Assembly (NCBI GenBank): GCA_023150835.1
Contig: JAKLKB010000018.1
Span: 57,130-77,129 of the forward strand
Source: Myxococcota bacterium
Lineage (GTDB): Bacteria; Myxococcota_C; UBA6777
Length of the DNA stretch: 20,000 bases
Direction of reading: 5' to 3'
The notes beneath the pieces were generated by a model, which saw only the letters and a program-made list of their open reading frames with translations, did no database searches and was not told where the DNA came from. How positions within the stretch are numbered: position 1 is the stretch's first letter; each line of letters begins with the position of its first letter. Made by a program: the position numbers and the translations under genes. This document shows positions 1 to 8,901 of this stretch, piece after piece.

Positions 1-605
1 AACCCGATGGCTTCTGGCCCTGTAAGCGTATAAGCTTGATTCGCGTGCTTTTCTGGCGCAACAAACGCCTCGGCGGCCACCTCCGCCACATCATACAGAT
101 CCACAAAAGCTGCACGACCTTTGCCCGCAGGCACATACAAACGATCCGCCTCGCAGATATCCTGCAAGTAGGCGTCTTGTAGGTTTTGCGCGAAAAATCC
201 GGGGCGCAGCAACGTGTACGGAGCGACCGATGCTTTGAGGTGCATCTCAACTTTATGATGCGGAATGATCTTGTTTTCTCCCGCTCCTGCAACCGATAAA
301 AAGACGATATGCTCAGCCTTTTTTTCTCGTGCGATATCCACAAAAGGATTCAGCGTTTTTTCCACATCTGCGATCGGCGGCGGACGCAACAAAAACACGC
401 CCGAACATCCCTCCAAAGCAGCCGACCACGTCGCAGCGTCCCGAAAATCAAACCGCACACTCTTGACTTCTCCGTTCCAGTACTCTTCTGCCGATGCCAC
501 CGATGAAACAGCAGCCCGCACGTCGATACCTCTTACACGCAACGCACGAACCACCTCACGACCCACATTCCCCATCGCTCCTGTCACCAAGATCCGCTTC
601 GTCAT
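1..605 (-). CDS. NmrA/SDR-like NAD(P)-binding oxidoreductase (C-terminus runs off the left edge)
   Basis: Not in the ORF track because the stop lies outside the window. Reverse complement from ATG at 605 reads MTKRILVTGAMGNVGREVVRAL (Rossmann GxxGxxG), later TLLRPGFFAQN and AAFVDLYDVAEVAA, typical of NmrA/atypical SDRs. GGGAG RBS upstream. Confidence 0.85.
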   Translation of the reverse strand, partial: MTKRILVTGAMGNVGREVVRALRVRGIDVRAAVSSVASAEEYWNGEVKSVRFDFRDAATWSAALEGCSGVFLLRPPPIADVEKTLNPFVDIAREKKAEHIVFLSVAGAGENKIIPHHKVEMHLKASVAPYTLLRPGFFAQNLQDAYLQDICEADRLYVPAGKGRAAFVDLYDVAEVAAEAFVAPEKHANQAYTLTGPEAIG

Positions 606-647
606 CAAAAGATCTCCCAAACAAAATCGCCTCAAGCCGACGTCACC

Positions 648-769
648 CAAAAACCCGCGTTCGCGCCCGTTGCGAGCGACTGCGTCGTTGGTTTGAAACA
701 CGATGCTCTGTTCGCCAATACGGGGTCAAGGGGTTGCGACCCCTTGCGGGGTTTGGGGCCGCGCCCCAA
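648..769 (+). repeat. Dispersed structured repeat family I (MITE/REP-like), copy A
   Basis: Shares blocks AAAAACCCGCGTTCGCG..GCGAC..GTCGTTGGTTTGAAA..TTCGCC..CGGGGTCAAGGG with copies B-E. Hairpins CAAGGGGT-TGCG-ACCCCTTG (727-746) and TTGGGGC-CGC-GCCCCAA (753-769). Confidence 0.8.
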
Positions 770-813
770 TTCAACAAACATCCTCAGATGTACGCTTACT
801 CAGACGGCGAGCC

Positions 814-861
814 GTTGCGGCCCCTTGCGGGGTGTGAGGCAGCGCCCCTAATTCAACAAAC
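814..861 (+). repeat. Partial tandem duplication of the 3' part of copy A
   Basis: GTTGCGGCCCCTTGCGGGGTGTGAGGCAGCGCCCCTAATTCAACAAAC closely matches 733-779. Confidence 0.8.
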
Positions 862-902
862 CCCACCGCCTCCCTTCTCTTTCTACCCAAGGAGCTCCCA
901 AG

Positions 903-1871
903 ATGGACAAGATTCTACAAAAAGCTGGATACACCGAACAACAATACACACACGGCGCTGTTACGCTCAATTACGCGGTCAGTCCGCCCAAACAACGCGC
1001 TCTCTTGCTTATCCCCGGCCAGACGATGCCTTGGCAAAGCTACACCCGCGTCCTTCCTGCGCTCGCACAACACTTCCAAGTCTACGCGCTGGATATCCAC
1101 GGACACGGGCGCTCTTCACGCTGCCCACAACGCTACACCTTCGAGGCCATCACCGAAGATCTCGTCGCCTTTCTTCACAACGTCGTTCAGCGCCCCGCCT
1201 TTTTGTCGGGTAATTCTTCAGGCGGCCTATTTGTCACATGGATGGCCGCCCAAGCCCCCGATTATGCGCAAGGCGTCATCGCCGAAGATCCGCCTTTTTT
1301 TAGCAGCGAACATCCCCGACTCCAACAATGCTTTGTATACCACGTGATGAAGCTATTTCTCGAAACCCTTGATCGCCCCGAAGGACGAGACTTGGGCGCG
1401 CTCTTTCAACGCCTAGAGATCCCGCACAAAAGCGGAAAGCGCGTCTCCAAAATCCCGATGTTCCTCGCTCGCCTTCTTTCTTCGTGGCTTCAACGCCGCC
1501 AAGCCAAAACCCCCGACCAGCCGCTCGATATCCCTTGGTTGCCCCTCCAACTCCGCCTCACCATCCGCTCTTTTTCCGAATACGACCCCGCCTTCACACG
1601 TGCCTTCTACGAAAACACGATGGCGGGAAGCTTCGATCACGCTGCCATGCTCGCAAAGATCCAATGCCCCTTCGCTCTGATCCACGCCAACTGGTTTGTT
1701 CACGAAAAATTCGGACTCGTCGGTGCGATGCTCCAAGAAGAAGCCCAGCGCGTTTGCTCGCTCGTCCCCCAAACTCGCTATCTCCCTGTCTCTGCGGGGC
1801 ATGTCGTCCACCTCGAAGCCCCAAAACTTTTCCTCCAAATTATCGACGACTTCACAAACGACGCAGTATAG
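903..1871 (+). CDS. Alpha/beta fold hydrolase
   Basis: LLLIPG oxyanion region, ALDIHGHGRS motif, nucleophile elbow GNSSGG, C-terminal catalytic His in AGHVVHLEAP. AAGGAG RBS upstream. Confidence 0.9.
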   Translation: MDKILQKAGYTEQQYTHGAVTLNYAVSPPKQRALLLIPGQTMPWQSYTRVLPALAQHFQVYALDIHGHGRSSRCPQRYTFEAITEDLVAFLHNVVQRPAFLSGNSSGGLFVTWMAAQAPDYAQGVIAEDPPFFSSEHPRLQQCFVYHVMKLFLETLDRPEGRDLGALFQRLEIPHKSGKRVSKIPMFLARLLSSWLQRRQAKTPDQPLDIPWLPLQLRLTIRSFSEYDPAFTRAFYENTMAGSFDHAAMLAKIQCPFALIHANWFVHEKFGLVGAMLQEEAQRVCSLVPQTRYLPVSAGHVVHLEAPKLFLQIIDDFTNDAV

Positions 1872-1903
1872 GCTCTGATCAATCTCGTCCGTGTAGGCTC
1901 CGA

Positions 1904-2389
1904 TCAATCTCCTTGCTTTCCCAACGAACGCAACTTTTCGTCTTGCAAGCATTTCGTCAACAAACGATCCAAAGCATTCGCAAAGCTCCGTTTATCGGCC
2001 TCTCCAAACGGCCTTGGCCCTCCCGTCTGCACACCTGAATCACGAAGATCCTGCATAAAGTCCCGAACCGACAAGCGTTCGCGCACATTCTCTTCCGTAT
2101 ACAACTCCCCATGATTGCTCATCGCAACACCCCCCGCTTCGATCACCAACGCCGCCAACGGGATATCGGATGTCACCACCAGATCCCCCAACCCCACGCG
2201 CTGCGCAATGTAATGATCCGCAACATCAAAGCCCTTTTCCACCACCACTTGCGACAAATACGGCGATTGTAACAGGTACATCCCACGATTCGCCACAAAA
2301 CAAGCACGGACTCTTCGCTTTTCCGCAACACGAAACAAGATATCTTTGATCGCCTTCGGCGTTGCATCGGCATCCACCCAGATCTGCAA
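1904..2389 (-). CDS. yaiI: YaiI/YqxD (UPF0178, DUF188) family protein
   Basis: IWVDADA N-terminus, DLVVTSDIPLAA, and LRDSGVQTGGP..F...D...FANALDR signature. TTG at 2389 follows GAGGAGG (ORF track extends to 2410). Confidence 0.9.
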   Translation of the reverse strand: MQIWVDADATPKAIKDILFRVAEKRRVRACFVANRGMYLLQSPYLSQVVVEKGFDVADHYIAQRVGLGDLVVTSDIPLAALVIEAGGVAMSNHGELYTEENVRERLSVRDFMQDLRDSGVQTGGPRPFGEADKRSFANALDRLLTKCLQDEKLRSLGKQGD

Positions 2390-2423
2390 ACGAAACCTCC
2401 TCTCAATCAATTAGGTTTGTTTT

Positions 2424-2566
2424 TGTGGGGCTTTGCCCCACACCCCACTGCCTTAGCGCGGCTCCCTTGACCCCGTATCGGCGGAGTGATCAGTGGTTTT
2501 TCAAACAAACATCCCTGCCGCTTCAAATAACGCGAACACGGGGTTTTTGCAAACAGCATCACTCCG
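2424..2566 (-). repeat. Family I repeat, copy B
   Basis: Reverse complement: GGAGTGATGCTGTTTGCAAAAACCCCGTGTTCGCG..GAAGCGG..TTTGTTTGAAAAA..CCGCCGATACGGGGTCAAGGGAGCCGCGCTAAGG..TGTGGGGC-AAA-GCCCCACA. Retains the left terminal repeat. Confidence 0.8.
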
Positions 2567-2575
2567 ATAAGAAAA

Positions 2576-4258
2576 TTATTCGTCAAGATCTACGTCTTTT
2601 TCTTCTTTCTTCTCTGGTTTTTTCTCTTCTCTTTTTTTCTCTTTTGCGGTTTCTTTGCAAAGACAGCGTCCCTGCTCACCTTTTGGACCCATCGGTCCCT
2701 TGTCACCTTTCAACCCTTTCGGACCCATCGGTCCCTTGTCACCTTTCGGACCCATCGGTCCCTTGTCACCTTTCGGACCCATCGGTCCCTTATCACCTTT
2801 CGGACCCATCGGCCCCTTATCACCTTTCGGACCCTGTTCGCCTCTCAGTCCTTTCGGTCCCATCGGTCCTTGCGCGCCTTGTTCACCCTGTTGGCCTCGC
2901 TGACCGACCGGACCTTGCTCACCTTGTTCTCCTTTTGTCCCCATCGGACCTTGCCGCCCCATTCGGCCCTGCTCACCTTTCGGACCTTGCTCACCTTTTG
3001 GCCCCTGTTCACCTCTCGGGCCTTGCTCACCTTTCGGTCCCATCGGACCTTGCGGGCCTTGCAGCCCAACGGAGCCTTGCTCACCTTTTGGTCCAACAGA
3101 GCCGTTCTCGCCTTTTGGACCTCGCGTTCCCATCGGTCCGACCGCTCCCGTAGCGCCTCGCTCGCCTTTCGGACCTTGTGGTCCTTGCAACCCCATCGGC
3201 CCTCGCGTTCCTGCCGCTCCAGAAACACCCTGCTCGCCTTTCGGGCCTTGCGGCCCAACGGGGCCTTGCTCGCCTTTTGGACCTTGCGCTCCTTGCGGTC
3301 CCATCGGTCCTTTCTCACCTTTCGGGCCTTGCTCGCCTTTCGGCCCCTGCGGTCCTTGCGGACCTTGCGGCCCAACGGGGCCTTGCTCACCTTTCGGTCC
3401 TTGTGGGCCGATCTTTCCAGCGATACCCTGCTCGCCTTTTGGCCCCTGTGGGCCGATCTTTCCAGCGATACCCTGCTCACCTTTTGGACCTTGCGGGCCG
3501 ATCTTTCCAGCGATACCCTGCTCACCTTTTGGACCTTGCGGCCCCTGCGGACCTTGTAATCCTTGTGGACCCTGCGGTCCTTGCGGACCTTGCAGACCTT
3601 GCGAACCTCTTGGCAGAAGAACGTGTTGTATTTGCGAGCCGCAGCGAAAACGAATGACTGTACCGCGTGCCTCTTGTGAAACGCCGTCGATTTGACAGGG
3701 CGTGCCTTCGTTTCCTTTTTCTCCTTGCAAGACCATGACTTGCGCCAACGTTTTTTGCTGGCTGCCAAAGAATCCCACCAAAACAAACAGCCCTGCACGC
3801 AATGTTTGCGGCAGATGGATCTCGCGTTTCATCGAAGTTCCTCCTTGAAGAATTTGAAAACCTTGCTCGCGTCCGTAATGTTGTTTGGGTTCACGCTCCG
3901 AGACAAGAGAAACACCCGTCAGCACGTCAAGATGTTCGCCATGTATCGTCCACCGCGAACGAAACCGCCGCGAAGCCATCTTTGCAAAAGACGGCTTTGC
4001 TTGCTCAGAAGAAAAAACGATGGGGGACAACGTACCCTCACCTTCGATAGAGAGGACTTTTGCGTTGTGAAAATGACGAATCATTTCTGATGCGCAATGT
4101 CCTTTTTGACATACCAAGCCTGACAGACAATCTGTATCACGCTTGCAAGGTCGCCCAAGCCCACCGTCTTGGCAACCCGTCACAAACAGCGACAGAAAAA
4201 ACCACAGCCACACGCTGCGCTGTAATCCAATCCAAACACCTCGAACCCTCGCTCTCAT
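2576..4258 (-). CDS. Collagen-like (Gly-X-Y) putative lipoprotein
   Basis: Hydrophobic leader ending FVTG-C, Cys-rich module [18 protein letters not shown], a globular domain, 105 uninterrupted G-X-Y triplets (3607 to 2663), CLC, and a K/E-rich tail. ATG at 4258 follows AGGAGG (track start 4294). Confidence 0.9.
   Translation of the reverse strand: MRARVRGVWIGLQRSVWLWFFLSLFVTGCQDGGLGRPCKRDTDCLSGLVCQKGHCASEMIRHFHNAKVLSIEGEGTLSPIVFSSEQAKPSFAKMASRRFRSRWTIHGEHLDVLTGVSLVSEREPKQHYGREQGFQILQGGTSMKREIHLPQTLRAGLFVLVGFFGSQQKTLAQVMVLQGEKGNEGTPCQIDGVSQEARGTVIRFRCGSQIQHVLLPRGSQGLQGPQGPQGPQGLQGPQGPQGPKGEQGIAGKIGPQGPKGEQGIAGKIGPQGPKGEQGIAGKIGPQGPKGEQGPVGPQGPQGPQGPKGEQGPKGEKGPMGPQGAQGPKGEQGPVGPQGPKGEQGVSGAAGTRGPMGLQGPQGPKGERGATGAVGPMGTRGPKGENGSVGPKGEQGSVGLQGPQGPMGPKGEQGPRGEQGPKGEQGPKGEQGRMGRQGPMGTKGEQGEQGPVGQRGQQGEQGAQGPMGPKGLRGEQGPKGDKGPMGPKGDKGPMGPKGDKGPMGPKGDKGPMGPKGLKGDKGPMGPKGEQGRCLCKETAKEKKREEKKPEKKEEKDVDLDE
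2663..3607 (-). repeat. Coding tandem repeats of the collagen domain (9-bp periodicity; 45-bp x3 and 27-bp x4 sub-repeats)
   Basis: [15 protein letters not shown] x3 and GPKGDKGPM x4, near-identical at DNA level. Confidence 0.9.
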
Positions 4259-4314
4259 CAACCCCTCCTGTACCATGCGCTCGCCATCCGCCAAAGCAGA
4301 TCAACTCTCTTGAT

Positions 4315-4484
4315 AAAACTCACGCTCCCAACAAAAAACCCCGTGTTCGGGTAGGTTCAAGCGGAGCCGTCGTTGGTTTGAAAAAACTCAGTTCGCCCCG
4401 CCAAGTCGGGGTCAAGGGGCCTTTGGTCCCTTGCGGGGCGTGGTACCTCGCCCCACAAAGACAATTCCAACCGCGCAACCTCTA
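4315..4484 (+). repeat. Family I repeat, copy C (apparently full length, decayed ends)
   Basis: Core AAAAAACCCCGTGTTCGG..TCAAGCGG..GTCGTTGGTTTGAAAA..CCGCC..CGGGGTC, hairpin CAAGGGGCC-TTT-GGTCCCTTG, GGGGCG..CGCCCC. 3' CCAACCGCGCAACCTCTA (4467-4484) matches the right TIR of copy D at 13/18. Confidence 0.8.
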
Positions 4485-4624
4485 CCTTGAAACAAGGCTC
4501 TTCACTTTTACAATGCCCGAAGACACAAAGCAACTTCGCCCCGCTCTGCGCGACACTTTTCTTGCGGCCTCGTCCTGCGGGCTGGAGTTCGATCACTCTC
4601 ACAAAAACAAAAAAGGAGTCCGAC

Positions 4625-6016
4625 ATGAAATCCCTTCCCTTCCGTCCACCTTCACCAGACGCATCGGCCCAAGAGATCGACCCTTCTCGCGGAAGTCTTC
4701 GCTCTGTTCGAAAATTCTCAGGACTCGCGCTTGGCTTGTTCTTCCTCTCCGTCTCCATATCGCCAACGACAGCCCAAACAACTCCCCCCACAACCACCCG
4801 ACACCGTAAGCCCACTCTTCCCAAAACAGCACCACGCCCCGTCCTTCCGACATCAAGGGCCACACAACACAACCAAGCTGCCCCACATGCCCCGCCCAGT
4901 TTCACTTTCCTCAACCCACTACGCGGCGGTTATCCTTATGTGCAAAGCGTTGCATTCTCCGATCGAGGGGATCGCGTGATCGTGGGAGCCGCAGGAAAAG
5001 ATGGCGGAGTCCGTTCTTGGTCTTGGTGGTCAGGCATTGAGCAAGAATTCGCAAGTCCGTACGGAGATATCGTACAAGTGAGCTTCCTTCAAAAAGAAAG
5101 CTTTTTTGGTGCTTGGCGCGTGTATACGCCGGGAGATGGTCTAAATGGAAATCAATTCACGATCCACAAGATCGGCCAAAAAGATCCTATTTTAAGTGGA
5201 GAGTATGGAACTTCTTTTGCAACTTTTTCTCATTCAGCTCCACAAACCGCGCTTGTTGGCGGTTGGAGCAAGATCGCTTTCTTTGCCTCGGGAAAAACCC
5301 AAGGCTCGTTGCCGAACAAGGCTGAACGCCCCGATACCACAGCGATCACACTTTCTTCCAACGGTCGTTATGCCGCCATCTCCCAACGCAACGCCACCAA
5401 AGACATCAAAAAATACCACGATGAGATACTCTGGATCGACACCTTCAAAAAAAAGATTCTGACAACAACGATACGACCTTTTTCATATCCACTCGAACGC
5501 TTGGCCTTAACGAATGATGGACACCTCGCGATCGCAACACGCGGATACGCGGAGATCTGGGATCTCAAGCGCGAAAAGCGGTTGCTCGGTATCGATCAAC
5601 AGGGGTTTCCTGAGCTTTTGCCGCTGTACTCTCCCGATCAAAAGACATTCCTACTGATCAGCCAAGCCAGTATCGGCCAGTCATGGACTTACGCACGCAC
5701 CCCTTCTGGTTTCAATTTCGCCAATCCTTCCAATCACAAAGACACCAAGATCTTTTTCTACGACGCAAACACTTACAAGATTCAAAAGATCTGGACGATC
5801 CAACAATGCCTTTTTCGTACAACTTATTTCCGTTTTGGAAGTATCCGAGGCCCCGAACACAATCCTGAGCGTGTGGCCTTTTCTCCTGATGGGCGTGTCA
5901 TCGCGATCGGCTGCAATGGCGGCGTGCTTTTCTTTGACAGATCGCTGAACCAACAAATCAAAGGCATTCCTTGGATGGTCCGCCGTCCTCTCCAACAACA
6001 ACCCCCCAAACCTTGA
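4625..6016 (+). CDS. Exported WD40/beta-propeller-like protein
   Basis: ATG 4625 after AAGGAG; hydrophobic signal-like segment and P/T-rich linker. Blade-like motifs SVAFSDRGDRVIVG, ITLSSNGRYAAI, LALTNDGHLAIA..AEIWD, YSPDQKTFLL, VAFSPDGRVIAIG. Confidence 0.75.
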   Translation: MKSLPFRPPSPDASAQEIDPSRGSLRSVRKFSGLALGLFFLSVSISPTTAQTTPPTTTRHRKPTLPKTAPRPVLPTSRATQHNQAAPHAPPSFTFLNPLRGGYPYVQSVAFSDRGDRVIVGAAGKDGGVRSWSWWSGIEQEFASPYGDIVQVSFLQKESFFGAWRVYTPGDGLNGNQFTIHKIGQKDPILSGEYGTSFATFSHSAPQTALVGGWSKIAFFASGKTQGSLPNKAERPDTTAITLSSNGRYAAISQRNATKDIKKYHDEILWIDTFKKKILTTTIRPFSYPLERLALTNDGHLAIATRGYAEIWDLKREKRLLGIDQQGFPELLPLYSPDQKTFLLISQASIGQSWTYARTPSGFNFANPSNHKDTKIFFYDANTYKIQKIWTIQQCLFRTTYFRFGSIRGPEHNPERVAFSPDGRVIAIGCNGGVLFFDRSLNQQIKGIPWMVRRPLQQQPPKP

Positions 6017-6123
6017 TTGTCGAACGAATACAGCGAACCCATCGCACCCGAACGGCTCCCACCCCAAACTTTGCTCCCCAACGCCCCACAAAACAAATCG
6101 AGACGGCGTCGCTCAAACGGTAT

Positions 6124-7545
6124 TTATGGCTGTTTGCAAGCGCCCAACGACTGAACCGAAACGCCCAATCGTGCGGCTTCGCAATCGTTACTGTACGTTT
6201 TACCGTCACAACCGCACACAGGCTTGTATTCTCCACGACAACCTGTGGGCTTGGGCATACAAACCCCGGGATGATCGGCGGCTCCGCACATCGCGGTCAA
6301 GCTGTACTGACAATACTGATCGTCAGGGCAAGAGTTATCGACGCCGGGAGGAACAAGCCCACCGCATGACTTCCCAGTACAAGGCATCTTTGAGCAAAGG
6401 GCGCTTCCACCTCGGCAGGTGCAAGTATTACAGCCGTCTCCTGCGGGGAAAGACTCACCTTCTTTGTAACGTTGGCCGTTGTATACGCAAACACCCGGCT
6501 GGCTTTTGCATTCGCCCTCGTATTGTACAGAAAGGCCCGCCATCGCGGCATCACAAGCATTGCTATAAGTCTTTCCATCGCAGCCACACACAGGCTGATG
6601 GATCAGGTTGCAGCTTTTGGGCTTATCAACACAAACACCCGTTCCATCGTCAAATCCGCAGCCTTTTTCGATCTTGCAATACTTCCCATCGGCACAGCGA
6701 AGTCCTGCTTCCCCTCCACAAAACGATTCTGCGCAAGCTTCATCCGTACAAGCCACTTTTCCTTTGAAGCACGAACACTTGCTTCCTTTATCACAGAACG
6801 ATTCTCCGTCTTTGTAGATCTTACCGTTGAACTCGCACTGTTGAGGTGTTGCACAAGCGCCGATCTTGGCTGCGGATGTTCCTGCTGCGTTGGCTGCGCA
6901 CTCGTTTTCGTACGTTTTCCCGTCGCATCCACAAACAGGCGCATAATACTCGGGGCATCCTGAGGGCTTGACTTTGCAAACACCGGGATGATCGGCAGCA
7001 CCGCACATCTTGTCCAACGTATAGTGGCAATACTGCTCGCTTGGGCAAGTGTTGTCGACGCCGGGTGCAACGTGACCACCGCAAGATTTTTCCGTACAAT
7101 TTTTCTTTGTGCAACTCACCCCACCGCCACTACAAACACAAGTGTTACAACCATCCGCCGCAGGAAACGTGCTGCCTTCTTTGTATGTTTTGCCTTGAAA
7201 CAAGCAATCTTTGGCGCACACCATCAAGGTACACATCGGCACACCGTTGCTGCACATACATGAATTGCAGCCGTCAGATGCAGGAAAAGACTCACCTTCT
7301 TTGTATGTTTTTCCTATATACGCACAGGTTTTTGGAAGACAGGCTTTCTCTGTACAACTGATTGCACCTTGCTGACAAGTACAAGTGTTGCAGCCATCGG
7401 ATGCAGCAAAGCTGCTGCCCTGCGCGTATTCTTTGCCATTGTATCGGCACACCCCCTCAGGTGTGGTCACACCGCAGCCGCTCCCCAAAACTCCAAGCAC
7501 CCACAAACCCAACGCCACCCAAAACTGCACTTTGACACGAAGCAT
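6124..7545 (-). CDS. Cys-rich lipoprotein with pacifastin/VWC-like and Kazal-type protease inhibitor domains
   Basis: Signal ending LGSG-C. Five CxYxGxxYxxGxSF..CNxCxC..G..CTxxxC modules (one degenerate) and three Kazal motifs (PVCGCDGKTYxNxCxA). Confidence 0.85.
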   Translation of the reverse strand: MLRVKVQFWVALGLWVLGVLGSGCGVTTPEGVCRYNGKEYAQGSSFAASDGCNTCTCQQGAISCTEKACLPKTCAYIGKTYKEGESFPASDGCNSCMCSNGVPMCTLMVCAKDCLFQGKTYKEGSTFPAADGCNTCVCSGGGVSCTKKNCTEKSCGGHVAPGVDNTCPSEQYCHYTLDKMCGAADHPGVCKVKPSGCPEYYAPVCGCDGKTYENECAANAAGTSAAKIGACATPQQCEFNGKIYKDGESFCDKGSKCSCFKGKVACTDEACAESFCGGEAGLRCADGKYCKIEKGCGFDDGTGVCVDKPKSCNLIHQPVCGCDGKTYSNACDAAMAGLSVQYEGECKSQPGVCVYNGQRYKEGESFPAGDGCNTCTCRGGSALCSKMPCTGKSCGGLVPPGVDNSCPDDQYCQYSLTAMCGAADHPGVCMPKPTGCRGEYKPVCGCDGKTYSNDCEAARLGVSVQSLGACKQP

Positions 7546-7848
7546 GGTTTTATCCTTCCTCTAAACATACCCGCACCTCTGATCGAGGCCAACGCAAACA
7601 CTACAACAGGCATCAATTTTCGTTCCCGCTACCTGCGACTCTCCACACATCTCTTTTTCGATCAACGGCTTCTCTTCTTTTCGCCGCCTGATTGTACTCG
7701 CTCAAAAGCAGCGGATATCCAAAGAACCCTCAAAAATCTGAGGCTCCCCCTTGCCTGTCCCCTGCGCGAATCGTTTGGGCACGACAAACACCTAAACAAT
7801 CTCGACACAGCGCATTCTATCAAAAGGTTTATTTCAAAAGGAGAAAAC

Positions 7849-8886
7849 ATGAACAACAACAAGATCCTACGCATCTCACCGCTGGGCTTTCCTTGGCAAA
7901 CACTTGATCCCTTTCTGTTCTGCGTTTATCACAAAGACGATTATCCCGAAGGGAACGAACAGATGGGACCAAGCGCAAGCCTAAAGGGCCGTTCTATCGG
8001 CGCAGACTTTGGTGGAAAAGATGGGTGGAGTATGTATCACGGCTCGACCATCCCGGGTTTCCCTCAGCATCCGCATTACGGATTTGAGACGATCACCATC
8101 GGGCGGGCTGGATACATCGATCACTCCGACTCTTTGGGTGCAACCGCCCGCTTTGGTGAAGGCGACGTGCAATGGATGACCGCAGGAAAAGGCGTCGTCC
8201 ATTCGGAGATGTTCCCTTTGGTGCATCGCGATCGGCCCAATCCAACGGAGCTTTTCCAGATCTGGCTCAATCTTCCACGCGAAGACAAAAGCAAAGATCC
8301 CTATTTCACGATGTTTTGGAAGCACCAGATCCCCATCGTCCATCACACCGATGAGATGGGCCGAAACGCGACCATCCGCGTGATCGCAGGCGCGCTCGGA
8401 GAAACACAACCCCTCGCCCCACCGCCAAGCTCTTGGGCTGCAAGGGCTTCTTCCGAGATCGCGATCTGGACGATCCAACTCGATCCCCACGCCCAATGGA
8501 CACTCCCCCCCGCTTCCAAAGAAGCCCATCGTGTCCTTTCTTTTTTCAAAGGAAAAAGCATCCACATCGAAAACAAAAAGATCGAAAACAAACACTCGAT
8601 TCAAGTACATTCAGATGCAAGTCTTTTTCTTCAAAATGGAGAAGAACCTGCGGAGATCCTTTTGCTTCAAGGGCGGCCTATCGGCGAGCCTGTCTCGCAT
8701 CACGGACCTTTTGTGGTCAATCAACCCGAAGATATACAAGCCGTGATCGCTGCGTATCAACGCACAGGCTTTGGGGGCTGGCCTTGGGGCGATCATGGGC
8801 CTGTCCATCCACGAGAAGCCAAGCGGTTCGCCATCCACGCCGATGGGCGCAAAGAAACCCCTGACGCGCCGCCACATTCTTTCTGA
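7849..8886 (+). CDS. Pirin family protein (bicupin)
   Basis: DPFLFCVYH, GFPQHPHYGFETIT, HSDSLG, GDVQWMTAGKGVVHSEM, FQIWLNLP, GRPIGEPV..HGPFVVN. ATG 7849 after AAGGAG; the upstream extension to 7369 is likely spurious. Confidence 0.95.
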   Translation: MNNNKILRISPLGFPWQTLDPFLFCVYHKDDYPEGNEQMGPSASLKGRSIGADFGGKDGWSMYHGSTIPGFPQHPHYGFETITIGRAGYIDHSDSLGATARFGEGDVQWMTAGKGVVHSEMFPLVHRDRPNPTELFQIWLNLPREDKSKDPYFTMFWKHQIPIVHHTDEMGRNATIRVIAGALGETQPLAPPPSSWAARASSEIAIWTIQLDPHAQWTLPPASKEAHRVLSFFKGKSIHIENKKIENKHSIQVHSDASLFLQNGEEPAEILLLQGRPIGEPVSHHGPFVVNQPEDIQAVIAAYQRTGFGGWPWGDHGPVHPREAKRFAIHADGRKETPDAPPHSF

Positions 8887-8901
8887 TCGCGGTAGAAATG
8901 A

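Noticed and set aside
265-696. Plus-strand 143-aa ORF (and 494-1213)
   Set aside because: Antisense or off-frame shadows of the NmrA-like and hydrolase genes; they run through repeat copy A.
648-861. tRNA, riboswitch or CRISPR interpretation of the GC-rich intergenic hairpins
   Set aside because: No cloverleaf/T-loop/CCA, no regular repeat-spacer period, and copies occur in both orientations relative to unrelated genes.
2362-3798. Several long overlapping ORFs in other frames
   Set aside because: By-products of the stop-poor collagen repeat.
6040-6115. Possible further remnant of repeat family I/II (CAACGCCCCACAAAACAAA)
   Set aside because: Only about 19 bp resemble the 3' flank of copies B/F and the hairpin's left arm is missing; too weak to call.
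7369-7848. 160-aa N-terminal extension of pirin
   Set aside because: Overlaps the divergent inhibitor gene; a strong RBS plus ATG at 7849 matches the normal pirin start.
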